From assembly GCA_963693365.1 (NCBI GenBank), contig CAVNZM010000002.1, positions 2,310,259 through 2,374,258 of the forward strand: a DNA stretch of 64,000 nucleotides, given 5' to 3'. The stretch is from Amoebidium appalachense. Lineage: Eukaryota > Protista > Ichthyosporea. Below the pieces are notes generated by a model. That model was not told the origin of the DNA and did no database searches. It saw only the letters and a list, made by a program, of their open reading frames with translations. The translations under genes and the position numbers were made by a program. Below, piece after piece: positions 1 to 12,690 of this stretch (position 1 is the stretch's first letter; the number at the start of each line of letters is the position of its first letter).

Positions 1-342
1 CCCCCCCCCCCACACACACACACACACATGCGCACACGCACGTGCTGCAGGTCAAAATGTCCCCCCCCCCCTCCCCCCCCTCCCCCCCCTCTCCCCCCCC
101 CCCTCCCCCCCCCCTCCCCCCCCCCCCCCCCCCACCACCACCACCACTATGACACACCACCACCACAGTATTGCCTAAACATATGGGGCCAACTGCACGG
201 GTGGGGTTAACATGTTGGCCTCTTGTCTCTATGTACGCAGCAATAGATTATTTTGGACTTGCATGGTTTCACTTGTGATGGTGCTTGTTATCCTTCCTGG
301 ACGTATAGTTTTCTTGCACTTTTGGTTTTCTTTTCTTCTTTG

Positions 343-389
<47 letters not shown>

Positions 390-731
390 TGGTGAATGAA
401 TGGAAAGCTCCTTTCAGCCCCAATGGTTGAATATCTTCTCTGTATTCCTCAAATGAATAGCTAGTGCAGTTGCAAGTTGTATGTAAATGTGTAACAGACT
501 GAGTTTCAGGGAGCGGAGAAGTGAGAAGACAATGAAACTTAGCCCAGTGGCTTGTAAGAGGGCAGGTTTTCAAACGTAAGAATCGATGAATGCTCCTGGT
601 AAGAAATAAAGGAGAAATAATGCACTGCTGGTTGAAAGATCTTACGAATACCTCAGCACGCGCGAGTGCGCACATACACACACATGTACACGCAACATAC
701 AACCACACACGCACACACGCACAACATATAA

Positions 732-769
<38 letters not shown>

Positions 770-1091
770 TCCTATCTAGGCCTGGATGTACAAGCACTCA
801 CACACATGACGGACATATCGAATCTGGGTGTGTCTGCACACACAGCACACACACGTGCATGGGCACGCACAGACCGTGTGTGTGTGTGTGTGTGCTTGCG
901 TGCACGTGGTGGTTTGTGTGTGTTGTCGATCAAATTGTTTCAGACAGTATATATTTCTCCCCCCCCCCCTTCCACACCTCCACCACCACCACCACCAAAA
1001 AAAAAAAAAAAAAAAGAAAATGAATGAAGCCTTGTGTTTGCCTCCGATGCACATCTCGGCACTGAGCAAGTGATGACGTCACCTCGTTCTC

Positions 1092-1589
1092 TCAATGTGC
1101 ATGCGTTCGAGTACTTGAAAACAAACAGGCGCCAGGGCCGAGGATTGTGTCGGGGTTCAACTTCAGCGCCAACAGCACATCCCTCAGACAGAACAGGCAC
1201 CACAGCCGCGGTATTGTCCGGGTATACCCAGCCCCTGTTCCTCCTTCCGCTTCTGGCACAAATTTAAATAAAAACTGAAACGAGAGAACCCCAGATTTCA
1301 ACTACTTCGTTTCGCATTCAGGGCACTCAGAGCAGTAGTCTGCCGCAGGCCAAGGTGTCAAGTCCTCCGGCCGCTTGTCAAAACCTTCGTTAAAAATCCT
1401 ACGCAAATCCTTGTCTGTAGAAACAATTTGAGTACCGACTATAAGAAAAAATCCTTGAAAGGGCATTAAGGGTGGGTGGCCGTTTAATAGAGTTGGAAGA
1501 AAACGCTTCTTACTCATAAGCTGCAAGTTCCTGACGGGAGGTCTATGGGAGATGCGGTGATTTCGGTCGAGGTTGGTGTTGACATTTTC
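1092..1589 (-). pseudogene. Possible degenerate zinc-finger exon with an in-frame TAG
   Basis: ORFs 1302..1526 and 1092..1301 are in the same frame and separated only by TAG (1304-1302). Read through, they give ...CPECETK*LKSGVLSF...RLWCLFCL, two CxxC pairs. There is an AG acceptor-like site at ~1590. Confidence 0.3.
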
Positions 1590-2231
1590 CTATCTCAAAT
1601 TCAGGTGGTGGTGGTGTTGGTGGTGGTGGTGGTGAAGTTGGTGGTCGTTTGCGTGTGCGTGTGATTGTGCGTGTACATGTGGGTGGGCGGAAAGAAGGGG
1701 GAAGAAGTTGCGCTACGTGGCTTGAGCCGCTTGACTGCCAGCTGAGCCGGGTTTTTTAGCATGGTATACTTTTTGCTAAAATACTTGCATGATAAATTAC
1801 CAAACAAGCAATACAAAGGACCATTATATAAAATAATTTGGAGCATTAATGTTGTATTATGATTACAAACGCCTATCCCTTCAAGAGCACCGGGTTAGAC
1901 ATGTGACTTTTGACCATGGCTTATTTTTGTTATCTTTGTCATCTCTTACGTTTTACCATACAAATAAACTAGCTTCTTTCAGTTTTCTTGAACGCATCAT
2001 TCATCCCGAGTCCTACTGAGGGGAAAGCTCACAGCCTCATGACACAAAAGGGCGAATCACAATACACGTTTAAAAACAGCAAACTGCCGGTTTGGTGATA
2101 CGTAACACTCCCCTGTTGCACAACTTCCCTTCTCAGACACTGGTGCTGACAGGCAGTTTGGGTATGACAGTTACTGAGCTCCCTGATGTTGCTTGTGACA
2201 TGTGTTTATTTGGAGACAACGAAGTTACAAA

Positions 2232-3614
2232 ATGGCTCCGTGGCCAAGCACGGATCAGAAAGAGCAGTTTTCTTTCCTCAGACAACATGTAGGCAACATC
2301 GTCTCTGGCCGTCCACCATCTGACTTGGTGGTGGACGGATACGACGTTCTGATTGTCAAATTCACCAAAGAAGAAGACGGCAGAGGAAGGGCGAATCCGA
2401 ACTCGCTAATCAAATATGAGTACAAGGGTGAGTATTGAAAACATTCTTTCATTGAAGCTGTTGGTAAAAGGATTCGTTGGGAAGAGCAAAAGACCCAATA
2501 AGCAAATATGTTACGTGCAATGCTGCGTAAAACTCCAAGGAGACCATGCAGGGTGGCGCATTATTCATAGGCACATTTGTCTTTCTTGTTTTCATTTTTT
2601 TGTTTTGCCTTTCTTTTTTGGTTGTAATAGGTTTAAAGGGGAGCAGAGCGGAATGGGGACATGGGGGGAGGGGCTGTGTGTTTGGGTTCGATGTGGCTTG
2701 TGCTGACTGAGGTTATTTTTCTTGAAACAGACGGAGAAGCGGTCCTGTTTGTTCCAGAGGAAACAGAATACTTTATTGTGTGGAACAGGGCACCCATTTC
2801 CTTCGCTAAGTTTGAGAATGGAAGACAGAAATTTCACGGGTTTACTTACAGCAGTGCGCTGAAGGAGGATGGTAGCCTTGCAAAGGATGGAATACGTAAA
2901 CTTTCCAGGACCATCGACAATAAGTGCGCGGACGAGGGGATGAAACGAAGATGCCAGGAGCTACGTGATCACACACTTCCGCGAGTTTCCTTGTTTGTAG
3001 ACCTACCGGGAAATTGCATGTTTATTATTACCGCTGGAGGTAATTCTCAAGTCCAGAAGGGAAAACCAAAGCATGCCAAAACAAGGGGGCAAACCACGCC
3101 GTCTCCCAATTTCAACCAGCAAAATGTTGTCACGCCCAACAGCACAGCCTTCTCTTCGCAAGGTTCCCAGTACGGTGCTTGGCAGATGTCGTTTCCCCCT
3201 TTGCCTACATCCGTTCAAAACCAAACAAACGATCTGATGAGCCTTTTCCCTACGGTGGGGACAATGTTGGGCATAGACACACCCAGATTCCCACCCCCAC
3301 GGGTGGCTCATGACATTAGTGCACCCATGCAAGCGGCTGTGACACGCAAACCCACAGTTGTTCCAGGAGTACAACATGACGCTGGGGGGCAATTGTCCGG
3401 GGCGCACCAGTTTGCAGCGAGCGACATAAGTTTCGACCGGACACAGACACCTCCTTTCCCATTTGGCTGGCCAGATCGTCTTTCGACGGGTATGGAGAGT
3501 GTCGGAGCACATGATGGTGTTGATGATGTTGATGTCGACGCCCTCCTGGGTGATTGTGTGGCGGATGCTGCTGCGGGTTTCTTCCCCGTTTTTTTCCCTA
3601 TGTCTTGGATTTAA
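2232..3614 (+). CDS. Hypothetical protein, 2 exons (2232-2427, 2731-3614). Globular N-terminus, P/Q/S-rich and acidic C-terminus
   Basis: ATG at 2232, GTGAGT donor at 2428, CTGAC branch site and CAG acceptor at 2730. The join YK-D-GEAVLFV is in frame and the coding sequence is repeat-free. No family recognised; the 3' end could splice further. Confidence 0.6.
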
Positions 3615-4543
3615 TCGATTGTGCACGCACGTACAAGTGTGCCTGCTTGCTATAAGGCGTGCATGAAGCGCTCATTCCGGCTTGATGATGAGCGCGCATG
3701 CGGGGGCACACTTCCCATTTCACATGCTAACACCGACACACTCATACATACACACACAGGAAGACGTGCACACTATCACACACAAAGACTCAAGCAGACA
3801 TTACACACACCCTTCTGTGTACGCATACTTCGACACCAACATACACACACTCTTGCATTTTTTTTGTTAAAGTAATTTAGGTGGCACTTCTCATATCTCG
3901 CTTTTTCAATCGCGCCTCCCCCTCCTCCTCCACGACCCTTCCTCCTCTCCCCCCCCTTCCCCCTCCGCTCTGGCCCTTCCCTCTTCTTCTCCCCGCCCCC
4001 CTTTTCTCTCTCACTGACTCTTTCTCTCTCTCTCTTTGCCTCCCCCCCCCCCCCTCCCCCCCCCCCCCCCCCGCCTTCGTTATTTGCATAATGATGACTG
4101 GTTGGGAATTCATACTACAGGCCACCTGTGTCAGCTACCTATCTATACCAAAGTGAGGATCCCCCCCCTCCCCCCCCCCCCCCCCCCCTCCCCCTCCCCC
4201 TCCCCCCCCCCCCCCCGGCTGCACAGCATAGCCCCGCCACCTCTCCCGGTCCCTGCCTGCGAGCATTTCGTGTGTGTGTCTGTCTGTGTGTGTGGGTGGG
4301 TGGGTGTGCAGGGGGGGGGGGGGGGGGGGATGTTCTTGTTGTGTGTGCGCGTGTGTGGTGTGTGTGCGTGGATGTGTGTTTGCATGTCTTTGTTTGAGCT
4401 TTGCCCCGCCGCCTCTCCCAGGCCCGCCTGTGAGATTCTCATGTTTTATGCGAATACTTGTGTGTGAACACACGGATCTTGTGACGTAAGCAGCATGTGT
4501 ACATTTCTAGTGAAGATAGGTCACACACCTGGCTGGATAACGG

Positions 4544-4583
<40 letters not shown>

Positions 4584-5002
4584 CCACCCCCTCCCCCCCT
4601 TTATCACCGCATAATGTTTTCCTTCAGTGTGTGGGCGCATGCGCGCGCCTTTGTCTGTGTGTCTGTGTGCGTGCGCGCGCCCGCACGTGTGTTTTTTTCT
4701 CGGTCTGTTTTTTTTTTTTTTTTTTTTTTTTTTGGGGGGGGGGGGGGGGGGGAGGGGGGGGGAGGGGGCGTAGGGGGGGGGAGGAGGAATAAAGGATTTA
4801 CCCATGAAAACAAAAGTTAAACTATTTCATAGATGGGAACATAGGAAATTGCGCCTGCTTCAGTTTCCTTAGCTTGACACTGATTTTCAATGTTTGTGCA
4901 CAGGAGGGAGATATTCCAAACGCCAACAAGCGGGATAGTCAGGGTGAAAGCAGGTTGCAGGTAGCTGGATCCGTACATTTGCACGTGCATACTCGACACA
5001 CA

Positions 5003-5160
<158 letters not shown>

Positions 5161-5453
5161 TACTGGTCTCATATCCGTTAACCGATCCGTTGTTCCTCAG
5201 AATTATGCATTTCATTAGCTTTCCCACCACGTAGGTCACGGCGAGCCCATTAGCATGCTCTATTCTCTCTGCCCACTGAAGCACGAAACCAACATACCAA
5301 CATGGTCATGTTGGGCTGACGTTGATGGCGGGGGTGGATGGGGGGGCACTTACGGCTAAACGAAGGGTGAGAGAGAGGGAGGGAGGGAGAGAGAGGGACG
5401 GAGGAAAGGAGGGAGTGTGATAGAGAGAGGAGAGGGAGGACGAGGGAGGGAGG

Positions 5454-5508
<55 letters not shown>

Positions 5509-5710
5509 AGGGAGGGAGGGAGGGAGTGAGTCATCCAGACTCGAAGAGACTTTCGAGAACGCTTTGCGCGCTCGTGCACGTGTGTGTGTGTAGTGGTGGC
5601 GATGATGGTGGGTTGGGGGTGAAAGGGAGGGTAGGGGAGAGGGGAGGAGGGAAGGTGGGGGGAGGGGGGGGGGGGGGGGGGGGGTGGACGGGAAAGGGAA
5701 GCAAGAATGC

Positions 5711-5741
<31 letters not shown>

Positions 5742-5784
5742 GCCCAACCCGGGCAAAAAACAAAACAAACCAAAAAAAACATAG

Positions 5785-5924
5785 GAAGTGGACTCTGCGC
5801 TTGCACGGGAGCTCACACGATCGTTGAGGGTGATGCAAGACACTCGTGACCCCGCTGTGCCCGTGTTCCCTGTCATAGACCATCCTAGTCCCCAGGTGTG
5901 CTCTCTCTCTTTCTGTCCCCCCCC

Positions 5925-5955
<31 letters not shown>

Positions 5956-6489
5956 ACACCTTCCTCCCTCCCTCTCTCCCTGCCTCCCTCCATATCTCCC
6001 TCCCTCCCTCCCTCTCCTGTTTTTTATCGCGGGATTGTGTCCTTTATTCGAGTCTGAATGCAGACATAATTTGCTTTGGATCTCTTTGCCCCTTCACGTC
6101 CACTTTACTCTACTTCACCCCACACCCACCTTTCCTCTCATAATCCCACTCCGATGCAAGCCTGGCTTTTTGTCCGTCTCCCCCAGGAGCCCCCCTGATG
6201 ATGTGTGTCTTCGGCCTGCACCCTTATTATTTGATTTCGCGGTTTTCATTTTTGTGACGTTTTGGAATATGTCCTTTGGTGTCTTCTCCATGTTTTCAAA
6301 CCTCAACATCCACACCTGTCTCCCCCCAAGCTCTCGGTCTTTCCCTCCTGCATACATTGCCTGCCTGTGTACCATTTTCCCAGCATACTCACATGTCTCC
6401 GTTTTTCCCTATTCATACTCGTGCTCTTTACCTCCCTTTCTTTCTCCCATTCTTCCTCCCTCCGTTGGTTCGTTCATTTCGGTTTATAC

Positions 6490-6526
<37 letters not shown>

Positions 6527-7256
6527 ACCACCACCACCACCACACACACACCACCACCACCACCACCACCACCACCATCAAGAAAAGAAAGCAAAAATAC
6601 ATGCATGCGCACAGGTCCGCGTGCGCACGCACACACGCGCGCGTGCACACACGCGCGACACACACCCTCCCCCCCCCCTCCCCCTCATCTCCGCACCCCC
6701 CACCTCACCCCCGGCACCCTCCACCCTCCTTTCAATCCTTTCTTTCTTTCAGCTTGGTCAGGTGTTAGGTCTGAATCCGTCCGGGCCCTCCCTCAACACA
6801 CTGGCACATGGCGACACAACAGTTATGCTTGGACTGTTAGCGTCCAATTTAAGAGAAGTGGTCAAGGACGTGACCCAAATGAAGACGGCAATGGGAGGTA
6901 ACTAAAAACATTGTTTAGCCTCTTTCTCTCTGCTCTTTCTGCTCCTTACACTGACGCTGCCCTTTGCGAACTAGTACCACACACACCTTGCTTCTCGGTT
7001 TGACCCTCAAAGTTTCCTTCTACCCCCCCCCCCCCCCCCCCCGCCCTGTCCCTTTGCGAGTGGCACATGCTAACACTCCCTCAGCCGGCTATTTCTTCTA
7101 TGTCTTCAGAAATCAATGCCCCCCCCCCCCCCTCTGTCACTTTTGCTTCTGTCCCTCTCCTTTCCCGTGGCCCCCTCTATATTGAATTCCTCTTTGCTCT
7201 CTTACCACGTTGCCTCAATTTCCACACAGGGTGCTGTGAACACTTGACGGGTATGG

Positions 7257-7326
<70 letters not shown>

Positions 7327-8620
7327 CCTCCTCTCCTTCCTATCTTCCCCCCCTCAGTTTTGAAACACCTACTTTTCGGAGCACCCACCCACCCCGCCCA
7401 CCTACCCCCACCCACCAAGGCCACCTACACAGTTTCACATTCTGGTACAGAAAACGGGATTCTCCCGACTGAAGCAACTGGTGGTGACCTCACCCCAACT
7501 ACCCCATCAATGCACGAGCATGGGCAAATGGCTCCTATGGAGAATGCAACCAGGGTCGGTGTGAGGGGAGGAAATGAAGGCATAACAGGTGTGTGTGTGT
7601 GTGTTTGTCTGTATGTGTGGGTGGGCATTGGGTTCGATAGAGGAGAAAGGGGGAGGGGGGTGGGGGAGTAGGGGGGAGGGGGGAGTATAATTCCATTTGT
7701 TAAAGGTAGGGTGAGGGATGTGGATGGTAGAAGGGGGGGGGGGGGAGGGGGGAGGGGGAGGGAGGGGGGGGGGGGGGGGGGGGGCTAGTTTAGCATGATT
7801 CAATAGTTCTAAATGAGCATTCATCTCAAAGGCTGAAACCGGTTTTGATTGGCAGATGAAGAGGTCCAGAAGATGATTGTTGAGACTCTCTCTACCCTGT
7901 AAGTCTACATATTACCCCCCCCCCCCCCCCCCCCCCCCATCCCTCCCGCCTCCTTCCCACCCCCCCCCTCCCCCAGCCCCGCACCCCCGCACCCACCCCC
8001 CCCCCCCCACCCCCCCACCCCCTCCCCCTCTCCCCTCACTCTTTCCACAAGCACACACCAATGCACACAAGCATACTCGATACCACACGATGTTCGCACA
8101 TGAGAACTTTAGACGTGCACGGTACACACACACCATGGATGCGCCTAACACGTACGAACTTGTATGGCCCATCCCCCCCCTCCAAACACACGCAAGCACA
8201 CGATATGTACATGCGTACACAAGCAGCACGTGCGTGCAGTCGCTCACATGTTCACACCTCCGGCTACGGTCTGTCAACCTTGGCACCCTTTTTCATTTCT
8301 GCATGATGACAATATGCCACGGACATGTGGTCCTTTTTGGTTTAGGCTCCCTTTTTTTATTAGTTCAACCCAGCCCGGCTTCTGTTGCATTGTCACGAGC
8401 GTGCCCCCCCCCCCTCCCCCCCCCCCCCCCCCTCTCTCTCCTCCCCCTCCACACCCAAAAATAAAAATAAAAATAAAGTTAAGATTAACACGCACACACA
8501 CACACTTACGCCCGCGCGCGCGCGCACGCACACACGCACACACACACATCCCCCAGCCTCTCCGTGTCCTCTGTCCCACCTCAAACACCCCTGCCCTTTT
8601 ATCCTCAATTTACGTGGTGT

Positions 8621-8712
<92 letters not shown>

Positions 8713-9308
8713 ATATATACACATATGCAAATGCACATGCTTGCTAATTCCATTTCTCTTCATATCCAGTACCAACCATTGACATGCATATCACACAGGC
8801 CTCATGGCTGGCACAAGACGCTAGCCATACGCTCCAAGGTTGCAGACCGTGCCAGCATGCACCGGGACAGAATATCCCCAAAACAGTTGACCCGCTGCCT
8901 TCAGTATGACCCCTCCCCCCCCCCCCCCACACACACACACACACGCACCCACCCACCCACCCCGCCCCACCCCACCCCAGCCTTTGCCCATTACACTTGA
9001 AACCAACCCCCCCCCCCCCCCCCCCCCCTTTCGGACTCTACATGTTTTATTTCCCACTCGCCCCCGCCCTTTTTTTTGTCCCTCCGGATGTACGAGAGAG
9101 GTCGTAGAATAAACCTGGGTTGGGTAGGCCCGGAAGACGTGCATGAATGAAAAGAAATGGTGCTTGCCAAACATACACAAATACTCAGGTTTACAACCTG
9201 TTCTCCCACCCTCTATCTTCCATTTTGCTCGATGCCTTTTACCCCAGCTCACGCACGGACCTTTCCTGAGGGCACCATCACCCCCTATTCACCCCCCTTA
9301 CATATTTC

Positions 9309-9353
<45 letters not shown>

Positions 9354-9742
9354 CCCTCCCCCGAACGCCCCACCTTGCCTCTTCAAAAACACACACACAG
9401 ACACGTACGCGTGCGCGCGTGCCTGGACACACACACGCACACACACGCACACGAACACGCACACACACACGCACACGCACACGCACACACACCAAATCCC
9501 CCCTCCCCTTCCTCCCCTCCCCCTCCCCCCCCTCCTCCCCCCGTCCCCCCCCCCCCTTTCTTTCCGCCCTTTTTTCTTGTCTCCGTTTCTCTTCTTTTCC
9601 TTTCTTTTTTTACCCCTGCAGTGCACTCAAGGGCAAGAAGGTAGTAGAACGGAATGAGAAATCTGCCATGTGGCGTCTGTTGGACCCAATCCGTGTTCTG
9701 CGCACACCCGAGGCTTCCTCTCGGGCCCTACCAGCATATTGA
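5785..9742 (+). CDS. Multi-exon protein (5' end unresolved) with a C-terminal Zalpha-like winged helix
   Basis: Phase-compatible GT-AG exons 5785-5895, 6753-6897, 7433-7558, 7856-7898, 8799-8903, 9622-9742. The spliced C-terminus reads [72 protein letters not shown]. Confidence 0.65.
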
Positions 9743-9802
9743 CTCAAACTTGGAAAACTCTCCGCTCTCTCACTCTCTTGGTGCTTTACTGGTTGTTCGT
9801 AC

Positions 9803-9893
9803 TCGAGGAACCATGCACACTTGTACGTTATGTGAGGAACCATGCACCCTTGTACGTTTCTTTTATTCGAGGAACCACGCATCCTTGTACGTT
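9803..9893. repeat. Three imperfect ~25-bp tandem units just 3' of the winged-helix gene
   Basis: GAGGAACCA(T/C)GCA..CTTGTACGTT occurs three times. Confidence 0.8.
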
Positions 9894-10369
9894 TTTGTTA
9901 TGTGGTAAAGTGTATTTAATTTAGTTTTGTGTTTGTTTCAATTCTGCCCTTGGTGCCTCCATATCGATAGAGGGACTTGGTGCTACACTTCACGTTGTAT
10001 ATGGTATTGTATACATTGCGGGTATTGAATAAGGCAAGCTCAGAAAAAATGAAGCCGTTGTTGTTTGGGGCCAGAAGAGCCTCTTCGTGCCATGGGGTAC
10101 ATGTGTTCTCGTGACGAAAGAGTCTCTCTCAGCTTTCCTGTCCAAGTTCTCCGGTGATTCTCCAAATCTTCGGTTGTTGTTTGTTTGTTTTGTTTTGTTT
10201 GGTCTTTTTCCCGCGGTGCAAGAGTTTGAAAAGGCTAGTGGGTATTGAATAGGTCGGTTCCCATGTGAGTGGGTGGTTGCTTGACTACTTGGTAGTGGGA
10301 TCTGTGTTTGCTCCAAACCCAGCTTACCGCTGTGGGCTTGGTGGGTGGCGGTGGTGTACGTGGTGGGGT

Positions 10370-10435
<66 letters not shown>

Positions 10436-10436
10436 A

Positions 10437-10468
<32 letters not shown>

Positions 10469-11115
10469 AAAGCTGTCTGCAATTGCATAAACTTGAATTG
10501 CGATTCAACAATAAATAAAGTCACTGCAACAACGGCCCCATTCCTTCCTGTGTTTGGAAAGTGAATGTTTCATATGGGGGGGCTTTACTGGTGCATGTTG
10601 TGTGCAAGTTCCGGGTGCGAGTTGTTGTATCATCAAAAGATGCATGTGGTAATCGAATAAACGGTCTATGCATGCCTGTCATTTCAAATGCAAAAAAAAA
10701 ATGACCTGCACGTGCACCTGCTCGAAATGTGGAGGCTCAACTTAAATGAGTGTTTACACCTTGGTTTGTTGTGTATAGGTATATGCGGATGTGTGCTTCA
10801 TGAGTGCACCCAGTTAGCACTGTGTATAGCTACGTGTGTGCGCATGTATCCATGTCAGTGTATGCAAGTATTCGAAGGGTCAGCCTGTGTAGATATATGC
10901 ATAGATGTCTGTGTGAATGCGCAGGTGTTCCCAAGTTACGTTCCCCGTAACCCAGGATTAGAGAGCGGGACAGAGGTTGCATCCATTTCACGTGTCGCAA
11001 CAATTTGAAAGATTGACGTTTTAATTTTTGCTGGTACACGAGTAGGTCCTGACACCACATATTCTCCTGGCTAATCATTGGCGCGTGGCACATGTTTACC
11101 ATGCCGGGCCCGTAG

Positions 11116-11143
11116 CCGTGGCAATGCCATGCCACTCTGCTAG
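11116..11143 (+). mobile_element. Helitron-like 3' terminus
   Basis: Hairpin CGTGGC-AAT-GCCATG, then 8 nt, then CTAG followed by T, the usual Helitron 3' end pattern. The 5' TC end was not located. Confidence 0.4.
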
Positions 11144-11778
11144 TATTTTATATATACATAACACATTACTGTAGTAGTACTATACAGTTTGCTATCCTAA
11201 AACAGCTAGTGCTTTACTCCTTCGTCCTCTTATACTCCCATCGCGCTTTTGCCATGTGCGTTGGGCAGTGCGGACATCTTGAGCCATCAAAAGGTCATGT
11301 CTAGGATCACGCCCGCCATCTTGCCAAACGAATGCACCACCATGGTACCGGCGGCCACTCTCGGTTCCTGGTGTTCCAGTATCTGCGGCTAAACCTGAAA
11401 CCCAACGCATGTGCACATGTCCGTAGCTATAGGTGCTGCCAGGTTGCCATTTCCTTCCAGCCGAGGCTCATTTTGGGCAACTACGAACAGGCTCAGATGT
11501 CGACAAGGGGAGCTCAACGGCATAGATAGCCTTAGGTCGGGTGCCGGGCCATGGCATCACAACCACACAGATAGTGTGCCTCTTGGAGAGCATCGCTTCT
11601 TAGTTGCACAAGCAGTATAAGCAGGGAAGTTGTCTGCTCTTTCTGTTGCAGCACCATACAGTCAGGCTCGATGTGCAGTTCTGTGCCTAAGGTGGGTGGT
11701 CAGTAATGGGAACCGTGGAACACACACCAAACCAAGTAAGGCAGCTGATATTACTCGTGGAAAAAGTCATATGTACGG

Positions 11779-12481
11779 ACCCAGACCATCCGGTGCCAGG
11801 TACAGGCACACATACGCCAAAGTTCACACGAGATAAGCCAAAGGCGCACCAGCAAAGCAGAATATTAAAAAAAAATGGCAGCCATAAACCCAGACCATCC
11901 GGTGCCAGGCAAACGCATCTGCCCATTTTGAGGCGGAAAACGAAACGGAAAATAGAAGCCCAGACCATCCGGTGCCAGGCAGCCCCCACGGGAGAGGATG
12001 ATGTTTGGAACTAAACATGCAATCAAATGAGGATGACTGTTCAGACCATCCGGTGCCAGACAGCCCTCACAAGAAGATGTTTGGACGCACACATGCCATG
12101 AGTAAGCAATCGTGGAAGGGTGCCTAGACCATCCGGTGCCAGGCAGCCCGTGAGGGAACAGAAGTGCGTGTGCCATTGCTTGGGCTAAGCTCTAGTCCGA
12201 CAAAAAGCGGCACACGCACCCTGTAAGTAAAAAGATAAACGGACCAGCACAACCTACCAGCTAAACAGAACAACAAAGAAAAATGGCAGCCGTAAAACCA
12301 AACCATCCGGTGCCAGGCAAACACATCTGCCCACTTCGACAAGAAAAAAAGGGAATGGGAAAAAAGGGCCAAGACCATCCGGTGCTCGGCAGCCCCATGG
12401 GAAACGAGGACATGGAAACATCATTTTCCATTCGAGTAATCGAGGAAAGAGAGGTAGAGCCCAGACCATCCGGTGCCAGGC
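11779..12481 (-). repeat. Array of eight conserved 23-nt hairpin repeats with variable spacers
   Basis: Copies start at 11779, 11888, 11958, 12039, 12122, 12296, 12368, 12459. The plus-strand core ACCATCCGGTGC is invariant. Minus-strand consensus GCCUGG-C-ACC-GGAU-GGU-CUGGGC. Confidence 0.9.
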
Positions 12482-12690
12482 AGCCCATGGGGGTAGAAGA
12501 GAGTGTGTGTGCCATTGCCTAGAATATAGGATACAAAACAGCGACACACAGCACTCTGAAAGAGAAAGTTTGAAAACTACAGTGCACAAACCAAACACCC
12601 GTAACAGCCACCCACCATGCATCGAGCCCAATCGTCGTTGTGGCGTGGCTACGATCCATGCTGAACGTCTCCTGCGTTTCCACGGCTACG

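Noticed and set aside
11779-12481. Bona fide CRISPR array
   Set aside because: Eukaryotic context, no cas genes, spacer lengths of 47-151 nt and spacers related by duplication. Kept as a hairpin array instead.
11111-12690. Inverted repeat CGTAGCCGTGG (11111 and 12680-12690) as TIRs around the array
   Set aside because: Short, no TSD, and the left copy overlaps the Helitron-like hairpin. It may be chance, though worth rechecking in other copies.
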